From assembly GCA_049430545.1 (NCBI GenBank), contig JBMTCD010000001.1, forward strand, positions 1 through 56,968: a stretch of DNA of 56,968 nucleotides, in the 5' to 3' direction. The notes beneath the pieces are model-generated. The model made no database searches. It saw nothing but the letters and a program-made list of their open reading frames with translations, and had not been told where the DNA came from. The number at the start of each line of letters is the position of its first letter. The first letter of the stretch is position 1. Both the position numbers and the translations under genes were made by a program. This document shows, one piece after another, positions 56,887 through 56,968 of the stretch. Source of the DNA: Luteolibacter sp. (GTDB lineage Bacteria > Verrucomicrobiota > Verrucomicrobiia > Verrucomicrobiales > Akkermansiaceae).

Positions 56887-56967
56887 TCAGGACAGCCGCG
56901 GCGGCGGGTGCGGCACCGCTCCACGGAACTCGCGGATCGAGCGCTCATATGCCGGAACGCCCGGCGA
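56887..56967 (-). CDS. 3' end of a probable small leader protein ending in PHPPPRLS (runs off the window)
   Basis: SPGVPAYERSIREFRGAVPHPPPRLS*; only 26 codons visible. Confidence 0.45.
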   Translation of the reverse strand, partial: SPGVPAYERSIREFRGAVPHPPPRLS

Positions 56968-56968
56968 A

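Overview
GC-rich bacterial chromosomal window, almost certainly Verrucomicrobiota (Luteolibacter/Verrucomicrobiaceae-like). The assignment rests on the Verru_Chthon-type pseudopilin cassette, PEP-CTERM protein, MurC-MurB fusion, DapL and three-domain IspG. Most of it is housekeeping: alr, gmk, argS, hrpA, clpS, ispG, sdhB, queA, murG-murC/B-ddl-ftsQ-ftsA-ftsZ, phoH, dapL, accD. It also carries polysaccharide-modifying enzymes, pseudopilin/surface-protein genes and a patch of gene relics at 4.1-5.4 kb. The most striking observation is in ispG: a 768-bp element encoding an apparently intact HUH/Y1 (RAYT-like) transposase sits in frame inside this normally essential gene. It is bracketed by four GTGG-led REP hairpins arranged as 31-bp terminal inverted repeats and by a GTAACA direct repeat. 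A related solitary REP hairpin is read in frame inside the ABC-F gene. Other leads are a candidate sigma54-driven hairpin sRNA between murG and phoH, several families of short palindromic or tandem repeats, and a PPPR-tailed leader ORF ahead of a His-rich surface-protein cluster. No tRNA, rRNA or CRISPR array was recognised. All calls come from reading motifs by eye, with no database searches; start codons are best estimates.
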